Below, one piece after another: positions 12,571 to 25,400 of a DNA stretch of 64,000 nt; the stretch's first letter is position 1, and every line of letters starts with the position of its first letter. The notes beneath the pieces are model-generated. The model was not told the origin of the DNA, made no database searches, and saw only the letters and a program-made list of their open reading frames with translations. The stretch is from Raillietiella orientalis (Eukaryota), in the NCBI GenBank assembly GCA_036172245.1, contig JAYWIR010000017.1, forward strand, positions 1,922,001-1,986,000, written 5' to 3'. The position numbers were made by a program, and so were the translations under genes.

Positions 12571-15500
12571 CAATTATGAATATCATGTGGTAAAAGCTTT
12601 CGCGACTATTGCACTGAAGTACTTTTACAACTGTCATCATTTAGATATTAACAGCATCCATTGGTAAAGAATCTACACACATGATTTCCCATAATTTGTC
12701 TGCGTTATAACTATTTCATTATCTACACACAGAAATTAAATATGCTGTTATATGGAATTAGACATTCAGCACATTATATATATAAATCATCTTTTTATAC
12801 ACGAATGAACACTGTTCCTTTTGTGGAAACTGGAAGTATTTATCTGTCGGAAAAATAGTGTTCATGGAAAACAACTGCATACGTATGCATACAAGAGATA
12901 TGTGTACAAATGCAGAACGTGAACGTGAAGAGTAGAAATAATTGATGCTGTAGAAATGGATTATCATACGGATTAGAAGAATTCACTTCATTATGAACAG
13001 GAGCATTTTCAGTTTGATTCAATGCCCATATGGAAATTGTTTGTGGTCTATCAATGACAATATCAGAATCTCTTCTGTGCAGCATTTCTTGACAAATGAA
13101 AATGAGGAAACACAAAGTTGCATCAAGAATGCGAACAGGAACAGGTATATGTTTGAAGAAAAAAAGTTCTGGGAATGCAGCTTCCGGCGTAGGAACGATC
13201 GATGCACCCAGGTATGCGTACACAGCTTTTTTTATATATGCATTTCTATGACATTCGACAGAGCTTTCTTAATCACCCTCAAATTAACAACAGGGAAAGA
13301 AAAAAAAATAAAATCCATTTTTGGGAAAACGAATTCGCAGAATCAACGAACTCTAGCAAACGGATGAGCTACAATGAGCTAAACTTCACGAAGATAACCA
13401 GAACTGAGAGCGGAAACGACCTTCTACTGAAACAAGGGAAAGTCAAGTACGATCACCAAATATGTAGCTTCCTGAAATGAACCTGCAAGGGAGAAAAGAG
13501 CAAAAGACAAACAAAGGTAAGCTAAGGATTCCCAACACATCCAAAGGGAATTCAGTGTAGATGAACTAGTAAGAGACACGAAAACAGCATTCAAATGATT
13601 TCCAGCTGTAAAGAGCTCTGTTCTGACGATAATATATATAAGATAGTGTATATCTATAAACGCTAGTTGGACTCTGTGAGTGCCGAGAGATGGAGACCAA
13701 ACTGAATGTCGAGCACTACGACATGCAGCGAGCGAACAGCAATTAACTCTCGAGATCATTCGCCTACGGCTATTGGTCGTAAGGGAGAAGCAAACTGTGT
13801 GGAATGAAGTTCGGAAAAAAGTCTCAACATGGCTCAAAATTGCACTCCAAGAAAAGCAAATCGAAAACTTTCCTAGTCATCCTTGGACAGCGCAGGAATC
13901 GTTTTCCTTTTCTTTAGATTTCGTTTCTTTGTAGTACATATCACTAGAGAATCTGACCAATTCGGAGACCCCAAAGACCATGAATGGCACCCTTTCTCTT
14001 GCAGCTGATGTGAACGCGTGTCAGCAGCACCGCCTCCTCAGTGAAAAATGGAAGGTCATACCACTGCGGAGCAAAATAGTCTTTCCGGCACCGAACATTT
14101 TAGGCACTCATGTGTGTGCATGCATGGATGCCCCAGGATTCGTCGACGCTATCGTAGTGGCCGCACTTTCCTCACCCCTTGCAGCCGAGCCACGTATTCG
14201 ATCAGCGGCTGCTCTGCTCTTGCCACATCAGGACGAGATCCTCCTCTACAGAATGAGGAGTTGTAGTCCCGGAAACGTCAGCGCTGCTCGGCTGTCTTAG
14301 GACTCATCGAGGTGGGAAAGATCGTAAGCAAATCGAAGAGGAAACAAACAAAAACGAAATTGCAATTGGAGAAGTATCGATCAGATCAAATTTCACAGTC
14401 TTCTTTCTAAATACTCTCCCGGCTTGCCTCCTGATTCAGGAAGCGAAAAGAGATATTGCCTCATAAGTCTCTTTTTCCCGGAAAGAGCTGCCCGGTTCCA
14501 TGCTAAGAATAATCTTAAGAATGACCGATGAAAAGCGCCTTTTATGCTTTTTCAACACTATCTGACTAAAAGTACAGACTGTGCTTTTGATTGGCTTTCG
14601 TGCAAAAGGATCGCACAAACTGATTGCATCTGTAAGTGGAAGTCTAGAGACTTCTTCCTTCCTCTTGTACAATTATCGCTCGAAATTCATATCATTTCGC
14701 TCCTTCTGGAAGCAGTTGGGAAGAAACCACGGCTTTGTGGTTGAGACTCTATTTTGAGGTGGTGTGAGGTTCTGCATCCTGGAGACTGTTTTACTTCAGG
14801 TCATTCATTCGTGCCAAGCTATCTTCAGTCCTGCCTCCTTCCTCTCCGCATGAGATTGATCGAGTCACATGAGTCCTTGACAATTGAGAGGCACAAGTGA
14901 GTTGAGTCCTCATCTTCTTCCGGATGTTGCCCAAGAACTTTTCCCACTCTTTACGATGCATATTTTTAGGTTCAGTCGCATCAAAGGCTCTCTAAACCGT
15001 TCGGTCTTTCCATGGGAGATTTTCAGAGGAGGAATCAGATTCGATTTCTTGCTCTTCGAGCCTCATCAACATTGGAGATCAACAAAATGCCATTCCTTCC
15101 AGCAACAGCACGTATACCCCCCCTTGTCATCATTCCCATACGGCATTGTAGAATGAATGTTTCTTTCCAGTGATTAGTTGGAGCCTTTAGTCACTTGCAA
15201 ACAACTTATCCTGAGGTCTCACGTTTTCTACTTTTGTATCCAAACGCAGTAGTGCAAGGAAAAAAATTGTATTTAAGGACTGCTGAATTTTTTTGTTTTT
15301 AGTGAAACTTTGGACAGCGACCTCTGGGTTTTTACATTTGCAAGCTCTGAGAGCGCTACAGATGGTAGTCATCCGATTGCTCTAGGGATTCGTGCTCCAT
15401 GGCATTTGCCAATGAAAGTAGCCAAAGAAAATGCTCGTTTGCCAACCAAAGTAGGATACTGATGAAGGGAACGGTACTTACGGTTATGAGGGAAAATTTT

Positions 15501-17019
15501 GGTAAACGAGAGGGACAGAGAGAAGAGGAAGAGCAGGCAGGCGGTACGTAGTACGAGGCAGCCATTTTATCTGCAGAAAGCGCTCGTGTTGTCCTACAAG
15601 TATCAACGCGGAGAGGTGAAAGCTCCACTCTTTCCTTGTCCAAGAAGATTGAGGATTTCCCTGAAAGTACTTTATAATCCCTTTAGCATTCTCACACATG
15701 TATTGTATTCATAATGGGCACTACATTTTGATGTGTGGACACTGTATGGTAATCTCTTATACTTGCAATAGCAAACTTATATTGCATGAGTTTGGTATGC
15801 ATGTTGTACTCGAGCTACAGGCACGACTTTGAGCCTGCTACTTGATCTCTGGAAAATCCTGAACAGATCTCAGGGTAGAGTACCCTTGGAGAGATGAATG
15901 TCCTGATGTAAGAAGGAAAGGCGAATTGCACTGACACTTAGGACAACGTAGCTCCCGCTACTGACCGCTTCGGAGTGGAAGTGATGGTCTGCAGAACTCA
16001 GGGATGTTTTCTGTTCTGCAGGAGCTCAGGGATTCCCTCTTTTCACAGACTACACACCGACAAGCTGCCCAATTGAGAGAGTTAGTAAAGTTAACACCGG
16101 AAGAGAAGTGGCTGCGAGAACAAACTCCAGATCTGTGCTCTCTGAATCAAATGGGCGTTGTACGGAAGGTTTCCATGGCACTTCCCTGAACTCTACTTCA
16201 CCACTAACCGGTACCGAAGTGAAAGCATCCCTTGTCTCCCTCTATATCCTTCACCCTTCGGACCAAAGGGAGGTTTTGCCCAGAGCTCCGGTCACTGAGT
16301 ACTACTGCAGTCTCGCGATGAGCCAGCTGCTCTGCAAGTGGAAAACAGACCGCCTTCTACAGCCCCAGGGAATTCGGTGTCTAAGCAACCGACCGACCGG
16401 ATCCTTCGCCGGAGAGAGGACGCATCGATTCCTTCCGGTCTACTCGGAAAACATAGCTTTACCATTCTCGGAGGGCGTTGCTGCATCCAGGATAAAGGTT
16501 ACCCTCGTGGCGATTTTCTGCAAACATAGACACGAATCCCACGCGCGTGCGACCCTTCCGAGGAAAGAAAAAAGAACGCTGAGGCACCTCAGGGACCGGT
16601 TTCCATGGAGTAGATACTCTCACAAGGAAAGGACAGTCTTTTCTACAGCAAACACATTAACCAGAATCTCCCAGGTTCGTATTCCGTTGACTTTGTGACT
16701 AACCCCTGCGCCATGGTGGAGGCTGAGAATTTTCACTCGAAACCACCGTTCCGATGTAGTCAGTTATTTTTGCCTGGTCGAAACCACGGAGCATTCAGTA
16801 CGAATCCTTGACAGCAAGGAAGAAGAATTACATCTTGTCTGTCCTTGGAATCCTTTTTTCCTTTCGCAGCTTCCATCGAGAGCTTTCTGCTTGCTGAAAT
16901 CTGATGCCTGGGGCATCTCCTTGATTGTCCTGCAGCAAACGGTGTTCCAGTGCAAGTCCAAGGACCAGTTCATCCGCGCCCTTGGTGCATCGATAGCTCC
17001 AGGTTACCATCTTTAACTG

Positions 17020-17500
17020 GGTGTGTGGTCCGCGTGCACGAATTTTGCTGAGCGCACACGTACATATGCACCGGTGTGTATACAGACACTGACCCGCTGC
17101 AACTTGTGCGGAATAATTTGTCTCATGAGACAGAATAAAAGCCACCTCAAGAGGACGGCTTTAAAATCTGCAGCGCGAAGACCGGTGAGTGTGCACGAAA
17201 TAATACGTGTGCACACTGGATCGCAGACGTGCGTGCACCCTTGCCCTCAGGGGAAATGTGTCTTTTATTATGAAATGTGCCAGACAGTTCATATTAGAGA
17301 CTTTCGGATTCAATATACAAGACGGATGCCCATGCGGCTTACGCATGTACGTTACAAATAAATATACACTCAATGCATGTGTGCACAAAAAGGTGTGTAC
17401 ATAAACATCTGAAATCCTTGTGCATCGTGCATGCGTATATGCACGCTGGGTATCTGAGTGTTTATCACTAAGCCAATGTTTGTGTGCACATGTGTGTTCA
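17020..17500. repeat. Degenerate purine-pyrimidine alternating (GTGCAC/ATGCAT/GTGTGT-rich) tract
   Basis: Repeated gtgcac, gcacacgtac, gtgtgcac and atgcgtatatgcac words. The overlapping ORFs are H/T/V/C/M-rich, as expected of such a tract. Confidence 0.45.
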
Positions 17501-20500
17501 AAGCAAGGGATGATGAGCCGATGCACACCCTGCATCGGCTCACCATCCCTTGCTTCTTGAGCCCCTTCAACGGAGTACCTGGAAAAGCACGCAGACAGAG
17601 TGCAAGGCCTGATAAATTGGATTTAAGAAGGTTTCCGGTTGCACCCTGAGAAAGCCGGGCAATGAAATTGAGAAAATGCGAACTTGTTGAGTATTCTCAG
17701 GCTCATGACGATTACAGTACGGTTATATTGTACGCGATCATCCCCATCTTGGCTCATAGTCTCTGCTTTTTGTTTTCCTTTTTCCTACTTGAAGAGAACA
17801 TTAGAAACTAAAGTCGCTCATGGAGTTTTGCATTTTGCTGAAAAAAAAAGTCTTGAAAGCGCGGAAGGGAATCAACAAACTCCATGAGCCTTTCGTTCTC
17901 GTTTGAGACACGCGAAAAAACTGTCGGGTTCTCGGTTGAACGCGAATGTGTCCTCGACATTTTCGTACCAGCGCCTCCATCATCATTTTTCATCGAGTAT
18001 TTTTCTTCGCATCTTAACCGCCACCTTTGCAAAAGTCGAAGGAAAGCGCCGACATGAGGAATCTCCATGATTTATCCATAACATTTGTTATTTCGGAATG
18101 GACGGATGTTTCCTGGACGAAGTGGGCTTGTGTAAGGCAGAAGCAGGGAAAAGAGGAGGACTCTTCTGTGCTTCTGCTACGAGTCCATGGAAGCTCCAAG
18201 GTGTGGAAGGTGAAATCAACTGCGAGATACCAACTGCCTATACCTAATGGGCTGACAACTCTCATTGTCAGCAATGACAATTCTTATGAAATTCGTCATC
18301 CAGTGCACAAACAACGATTACGAGGAGGTAGCAGCACTGCGATTACTCACTCCCACTCACCTCCTCGAAATGCTGTTAAGGGCAAACGTTCATTACAGAA
18401 AGTGTAATGAGCATTCCCGTTAGCCAGGAATGCTACGGCTGACACAGGAAATTGAAGATTCCGCCGTTAGGCATTTATGAAAGTCACAATTGTTTTTGTA
18501 CCTTTGCTTGATCATTTGAGTCTTTGAAATACCCTGAAGTTCTAATCTGAAAGTCACCATGCATTTCAAACACGAAGATGAAAACTTGCAACTGGAGAGT
18601 GGGGAAGATCCTCAGTGAACTGCGAATATAAGCTGAACTTTCCTAACAGGTCAGCGCACCACATAGGGTGCGCTGTCGTTGTAGCACAACGGGGTCAATA
18701 GTGATTACTGCGCGATGACCGCAAACCGCTAATTACCAAAAAGCTTAATTGCCAATCTTTGAATAATCGCTCATCAAGAAGACTTAATGGTCAGAACTTG
18801 CAGAAGTGTGGAAACAAGAATGAATGGGGATGACTGAAGCCACCAGCCGTGAGAGCGCGTCCCTTGGGACTGTAACATGAGAGGCTACCACGACTAGGGA
18901 GAAATAAAGAATCCTGAAAACAGAAGAGGCCGCTCGACAATCAGTTAACGACTTTTTGAAGATGTATCGGATAGCTAGATAAAAGAGAGTGCTCGAGTCA
19001 CGGGAAATCCAACTGATAAGTGCTATTGGTATCCCAGAGATGCCATTTCATTTTTCCAGGAAGGTTCGGCCCGACACCCTGAGTCGTGCAGCAGTCATGA
19101 GAAGAGAATGGTGCAGCAGCTTTCGACGTCATTGTGATTGAAATTCGAGGTGAAAAGGTCGTTTTTCAAGAAATGGAACGATTTTTTTTTTTTTTTGATA
19201 CGGTTCGTATTGTGCTGCCATCTGTGCTCGTCGCGGCCGCAACATGATGCACATGGAGATGGGTTCACCATCTTCGTGTTCCGCCTCGGAGATTGCAGGT
19301 GGTATAACGTCGGAGGCGTTTCCCGCTGAGAGATCCTGAAAAATATTTAAGGGGAGAAACTCGAAATTCTTGCCGCCATCCAAGTGCATCCATCAAAAGC
19401 CACGAAAATGCCCCTTTTGGGGGAGCGACTGCGATTCTGGATCGTCTGTTCCTCAGAACTGTGGATGTACGTGCCCTTCCTTCCCTTGGTTGTGAGCGCG
19501 AAGTAGCACAGTGGCGAAGGCATCACTGGAAAGCTCTTCAAACTAATGAAAAATGGTCCTTGGAACTTTGGAGAATCTTTAAATCATAAATGGAAACCGA
19601 TGGCAAATGATTCCAGCAACAAGTGGTTCCGGAGGGAAGACGTAGGGGCTGAGTGCTGCTTGCGGAACGCGAACCGACTGCAGATGGTGTAAGAAGAGCG
19701 CTTGCCAGTGTGATCTATCCTCTGTCAATCGAGAGAAACGGTCACTCCAGAGATTTCGGGTTCTACTGAAGTGGATCAGCAGAGCAGGAGGAGGTATCGT
19801 GAGGTAACACCGGAAGGCAAGCGGCGGTTTGTAAAACGCCGTCACCCTGCAGCGGCGAGAGTGTCATTGACGAAAGAGTCAAAGCAGCAACAGAACCAAA
19901 ATGTCTTGGAGCTCACTGAGAGGCTCACTTTGCCGAGGAAACTCCTGTCTTCATTCGAAGAGTCACTGATCCCCTCTGCTGGAGTTTATACCCCATCCGG
20001 GAGAGGAATGAAAAGGCCGTGTGTCCGCAGCTTTCCTATCCGACCTTCGGCGCATGAACTGCCGAAACGATTCTGCAGCTGGATTTGGAGAGATGATTGC
20101 GATCTTAGCAGTGGTCCCGTTTCTTCGATCTCCTGGAAAGAAAGGAAGGACAGGAAAACTATCCTCTGATCTAGCGTTTCCCAAACTATGTTCCACGCAA
20201 CGCCAGTGTTCCGCGGAAAAACAAAAAATGTTACGAGAAAAATTATGAAATCATAATTAAAATTTGAGAATAAATATTCGTTTTGTTTTCTTAACTCTCA
20301 TATTTATTTGCTTAATTTCTGTATTACTAATAGCTACCTAGCCTATAAAATAACCACGGCATTCCGTTACAATTTCAGGATTTGTGAAGTGTTCCGTCAT
20401 AGGAAAAGTTTGAGAAACGCTGCTCTAATCTATGAACAATTCCCGAGGAATCATTACTGCACCCCCCGGGAACCTGGGCAGAAACCAACTGCTAAGGCGC

Positions 20501-20849
20501 ACATCGGTGCGCATAAAAAAAAAGCTGAGGATTTGAGCCTTCGTGCGTGACGTTGGCATCTTTTTTTTCCTCTTTAAAATGGATTCATTAATCCGATGAC
20601 TTAACCAACCGAACACCGTCAGTGCGATGAAACGTCCAACTGGTTAACCGGGAAAACTGACTTCTTTCACTTGCAGATGATGGAAGGGCTCGTTAGAGTA
20701 TCCGATCAGCACGGAACTCTGTACGAAAGAATCCGATACACTGAAAGGAAGATGGATCTCTCCCTATTCGGGAACACGTCCGCTCTCCACGAGGAAATGA
20801 TGCAGAAGTCCTAGTTTTCAAGCCAATCGATTAATGAATCGCGTGGGAA

Positions 20850-22420
20850 ACAGCGAACGGAGACGTGTTGATCATGTTCTGTGCTCCGGCAGGAAGAGAT
20901 CAGATGAGGAAAATTAGAAAAAAAAAAAAAGAAAGAAAGAAACGAGGAAGTTGCGCACTGGCTAAACATTGGCACGCATTCACGTTCCCATCAAGAGGAG
21001 GTGGAAAACAAAAAGTCCAGAGTGAAGCGCCACTGAAGAGGAGACTGACCCCAAAGTCGGATCAAGCCCCAAAAGATGAAGCGTTACGTGAACTGTCCGA
21101 GCAAAACAAAAAGCATCTTCTCCTCCTGCGAGAGTGGGGCGGGCAACCTGCGGCGTCGACTTGCAAATGAGAAGGGCAAACGAGGGAATCGCGGACCGAG
21201 AAGCAGCGCATGCACATCAACGGAAGGGAAGAGCTGCAGCACAGACAAGAAGAACAGAGTTCGCTGCCAGCTAAAAGTTCCAACGGAGACTGCATCTCTC
21301 TTTCAATCGGGACGCTGAAAAAAGTTCTCTGAGACCGAGCTCCAGCCCCGGTCCGATCAAGTCCTCTGCGCCTCAGAAATGTTCCCTCCAAACGGTCGCT
21401 CTGCTTCCATCACCACCACCGCGCACGCCTTCGTCCCACGACGCGCTCCTCGGCCTCGGAGAATAGGGTGCGCACGCCGCCGTCCTCCCAACACCAGAGG
21501 CAATAAAACCTGGTGGCAGAAGTCTCGCTGGGCAAGAAACGAGCTCTTGAAATGCGTGGGCAAATGCCGATGACGGAACGAACCGCGAAACCCCCGGCGT
21601 GGCGCAATCACGGAAAAGGAAGACGATGACAGTAGAACCGATCGAGGCACCATCGAAACGACGTATGGCGGATACACACGAAAGATGCGCGACCGGAACG
21701 GAAAAACGCGCGCAGCTTCTGTTTTTCTCAGGCGTGATAGCAGATCTCGAGAAAGCCTGCAGTGAGATCCGAATGAGCATCCTGAAAAAATTTATTTATT
21801 TATTTTCCTGAGGGCGGCTCCCAGCCCGGGCCGCAGCTCGCGTGCGTGTCTTTCTAGGCGAAGAAGAAGAAGCAAAAAAAAAAAGAGAGAGAACTCACAG
21901 AAAAAAGCTGGAGATGCGTTTGTCACTTTCCGAGCGCCAGAATTTATTGAGAAATAAAGGATCGATTTATTAGTCACACCATAAAAGAAGATAAAATAAC
22001 AGAACGGAAGGAGCCAACGCAAAGCGTAAAAGCCGACTCTCAGACAAAGACAGCGTCCTTCCGCAGCGAAGCTTACCCTATACTCATCTTCGCATTTATT
22101 TTCCGATGCCAGCCGGAGAAAGTGCGCGGATTTTGAGGGTAAGTTATGCGGTCGGAGGGGATAATTGAAAAGAACAAAGAGAACCTTCGGCCAAAGACCG
22201 TGAAACGATAAACAAGAGACGAAAACGATAATCGACGAAAGGAGGAAAAGAAAAGGAAAAAGGAAAAATTGGGTTACCTAAAAATAATTTCAACACTTGT
22301 GGAACCAGAAATGATAACCGCGCCAATTCATGTGGCAGAGTGTAGGCGACGGGATGAACCGACGAAAAAATCGCAACGCGAAGGCGGCGAGGAGGCATGA
22401 ATGACGGCCACTCTTCAGGG
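20850..22420. promoter_or_regulatory. GC/CpG-enriched island, possible promoter or 5' UTR region
   Basis: Visibly higher GC and CpG density than the flanks, with no TE protein motif. Consensus-like splice donors occur on both strands (GTAAGC minus at 22076-22071; GTAAGT plus at 22139-22144). A minus-strand acceptor TTTTTTCAG|G lies at 21782. Confidence 0.25.
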
Positions 22421-25400
22421 ACCCTTAAAAAAAATCATCGCAATTATCAGGGGCGGTTTGAAAGAAAGGGTCCTGCGAAAACAGGGGAAGAAGAAAAAAA
22501 ATACAACGTTCAATAATAATTAAATTAACAGGAGGTCCCCCAATGAGCGGATACATCGAAGGAGCAGCATTTCAAAACAGTCCGTAATATTAGCTCGAGA
22601 GGATACTGCCCTTACTCCGACGAGATGACGACGATAATGACAAACCGTTTCTCAGAGACGACCAAATGATCAACTCTGCGGAGGAATTTTTTTTTTTTTT
22701 TTTTTTTCACTCAGCATGCAACGCAACGCGGACGGAAAGGGGAAAAACAGATGGACGGGTATTAATGGGCAGATTGTCGTAATGGTCAGTTTGTTCAGAG
22801 CTGCAAATCAGTGTTCCAGAAGATTCCCACTAGAACAACATTCCAAAGGACTCAACGGGTGCTCGCTGTGTCCGCTGCCTTTCCTGGAATATCCATCATA
22901 AGGAAGGGGAGTCGTTTGAGGAATCTCATTCTCGAGAAGAAAACTTCAGAATTATGCGCACTGGTGTATACACACGTGACTCGTGCATCCTCTTTTATTA
23001 TCGGAACTGTTACACGTCCACAGTACGCGAGGTAAGGCCTCACAGACTCACGGTGATGGGGTGGATAACGAACTTTTCTCTGTTTGCATTGTAATATTAT
23101 CCTATGCTGTCGTACTGGGGACACTGATAAACCACTGAAAGTAGACTTCTGCGAGCTCCAGATCTCCCGATTCTCATCTCAGCTCACGTCGGGAGCGTTG
23201 CTAGATCGTCTGGGAACGAAGGAAAGCCTCCAGTTCGGTGCACCAGCGAAGCCGAGACTAAAAAACAAAAAAGGCAAACCACGCAAACTACTTTTACGGT
23301 TCTTCAGGAAAACTGAGGAAAGTCTGATTGAGAAGCACCGGGCTACAGCACCCATGTATTAGCGATTTCTAATACAGGTGAAGCCGTAAAGTTTGTCTAG
23401 ACTAGCACTTACTGAGGTCATCCAATCAGAAACATGAGAAAAGTCATTGGTAGCTCGTTAGATTTCTTCGCTTGTTGTAGGGTACTTATGCAGTTTTGCT
23501 TTCAAAACTCTCAAGTGTTCGTTAGCAGAAAAAATTCATCAATAACTCTTAGCTGGGAATTCACCGAAAATCGCGGTCGTGAAACGGAGGAACCCGTTTT
23601 TTTTTTTTTTTTTTTCCCAACTTTTCTATGGATAATTTTAGCTTGCTTAACGAATCCAAGTTTTTTGAACTGTTCTTTCGTGTGCATACAATACAAAAAA
23701 AAAAATCACATTAGCTCTCTTTTCATGGCTTTTTCATCTCACTTTTTTCATGAGTTGACGTTCACCGGCCATTCCAACGGCACAGACAAGGCACAACATT
23801 TAACAGAGTAGGACGGACGAAAGCAAGGAAATCTGCATACCCATATAGATTGGGAAACTGGAAAACAATAAATTAAGGCTGAAACTAAACACTGAAACAA
23901 TTTCGTACAAACGCAACCTCCCTCTTGGGCATGAACGTCGGCTGTAATCCGATATGAATAAACGCCATCTATGAAGAGAGCACAGTCGCTTTCTGCAACG
24001 CACGGCGGTGCACAGGAACCGAGCAAGTTTCTTGAGCATAAGCAGCTGATGCATTCAGCAGCCTCCATTAGGTGAAGGTCATAAAGACCTCAAAAGGAAA
24101 AAACAAACAAACCGGAATACAAAGAAAAATCGAATTTCAAAAAAAAAAGTTCAAAACCACTCGTGTTTCTTTAGGAATGGTTCATTCATTCTTTACCAAT
24201 CTAATTCCTAACATTTTACAGCCATTCTTTCTCCGAAATGGAAGGCCTCCGCATAACCATACTATATCAAAGACCCTGATTTCACGAATGATTCTTGACG
24301 CTACTCGGTATATTCGAATGGGAACATTTAATCAAACAAAATTACACTGATTGAGTAATTTATTTTCTGCAGCATATCTACAATTTCTCATTTACCATGC
24401 AAGGAGGAAGGGAGCTGAAATGTGCATGCATACTAATTATGGCTGCCGAGTTACACCTAAGTAGTTAGCAAATGCAAAAAGGTTAGATTTAGAGATCTCA
24501 GTCGGTACGAAATCGAAAGCCATAAAGTTGAAAATGCCATTAAGACACCTCAGAAAAGTGTTTCAGGATAAAACTGCCATCTGAAAAACCGTCATTTCAA
24601 TTCTGAAAATGACCTTTTCTCTAACCTGAATGTATCGCCCTTCGTGTTTAGTAACTGAGAACCTGAAGATTCATATTCAGAGATATGCTTAACTTTAAGG
24701 GCAGATGCATCAGCCGATAAATAAAGATGAAAAAAGTAAAGGTATGACCATTGAGTGATGTAACAGTGGAGCAGGAAACTTTTCTAAGCAAAGTGAAACG
24801 AAAGGGAAATGGTTTTTGGTTCATTTCCACCCTTCATGTACGGAAACCACCTAATATTCCCCAATCGAGTAGTTTTCTTAGACTGTTTCGTTTCCTGACC
24901 AAATCACACGGAAAGAGTTTGAAGTGTCTGTTTGCTGTAGCGAGGCAGCCGTACATTCTTCGTATATTTGGTGCTCCGAGTGATGCAGCAGCAGTTTTCA
25001 GGATTTTTCCTTTTTCCTTTTAGGGTTTGTGGGATTCCCGAACCCTTGATAGGTACTGAATGATACCTTTTTCCCTGTAAAACAAGAAGCAGAGCAACAT
25101 AAGAGAAGTGAAACTTCTTGATGCACGCAGTTTGTCATTCCCTAGACAAACAGTGCTCTCGTAGCATCGCCTTAATGAGTTGACACCCCATTTCTTCAGT
25201 ATGAGGTCGGCTGATTTCTGTGACGCACGCGAAAACTTGCTTTGTCTCTCTGTGTCACTGACTCCTTTCCGTGGTATCTGAGCACTGATTTATGTGCATG
25301 CCTTCTTCTTTCATAAAGGACCCTTACTAAGATCACAACTAATTGCTGAGAAGATAAATGTTTTTATGGAGAACGCTAAAAACTTTTGAAGGAATTAATG

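Noticed and set aside
16108..16698. 196-aa ORF
   Set aside because: It has a non-ATG start, no recognisable motif, and an S/R/L/P-rich composition typical of non-coding frames.
18652..18675. Perfect 9-bp GC hairpin CAGCGCACC/GGTGCGCTG as a Helitron end or terminator
   Set aside because: No CTRR or U-tract follows on either strand and there is no second copy. An isolated hairpin of this size can occur by chance in 64 kb.
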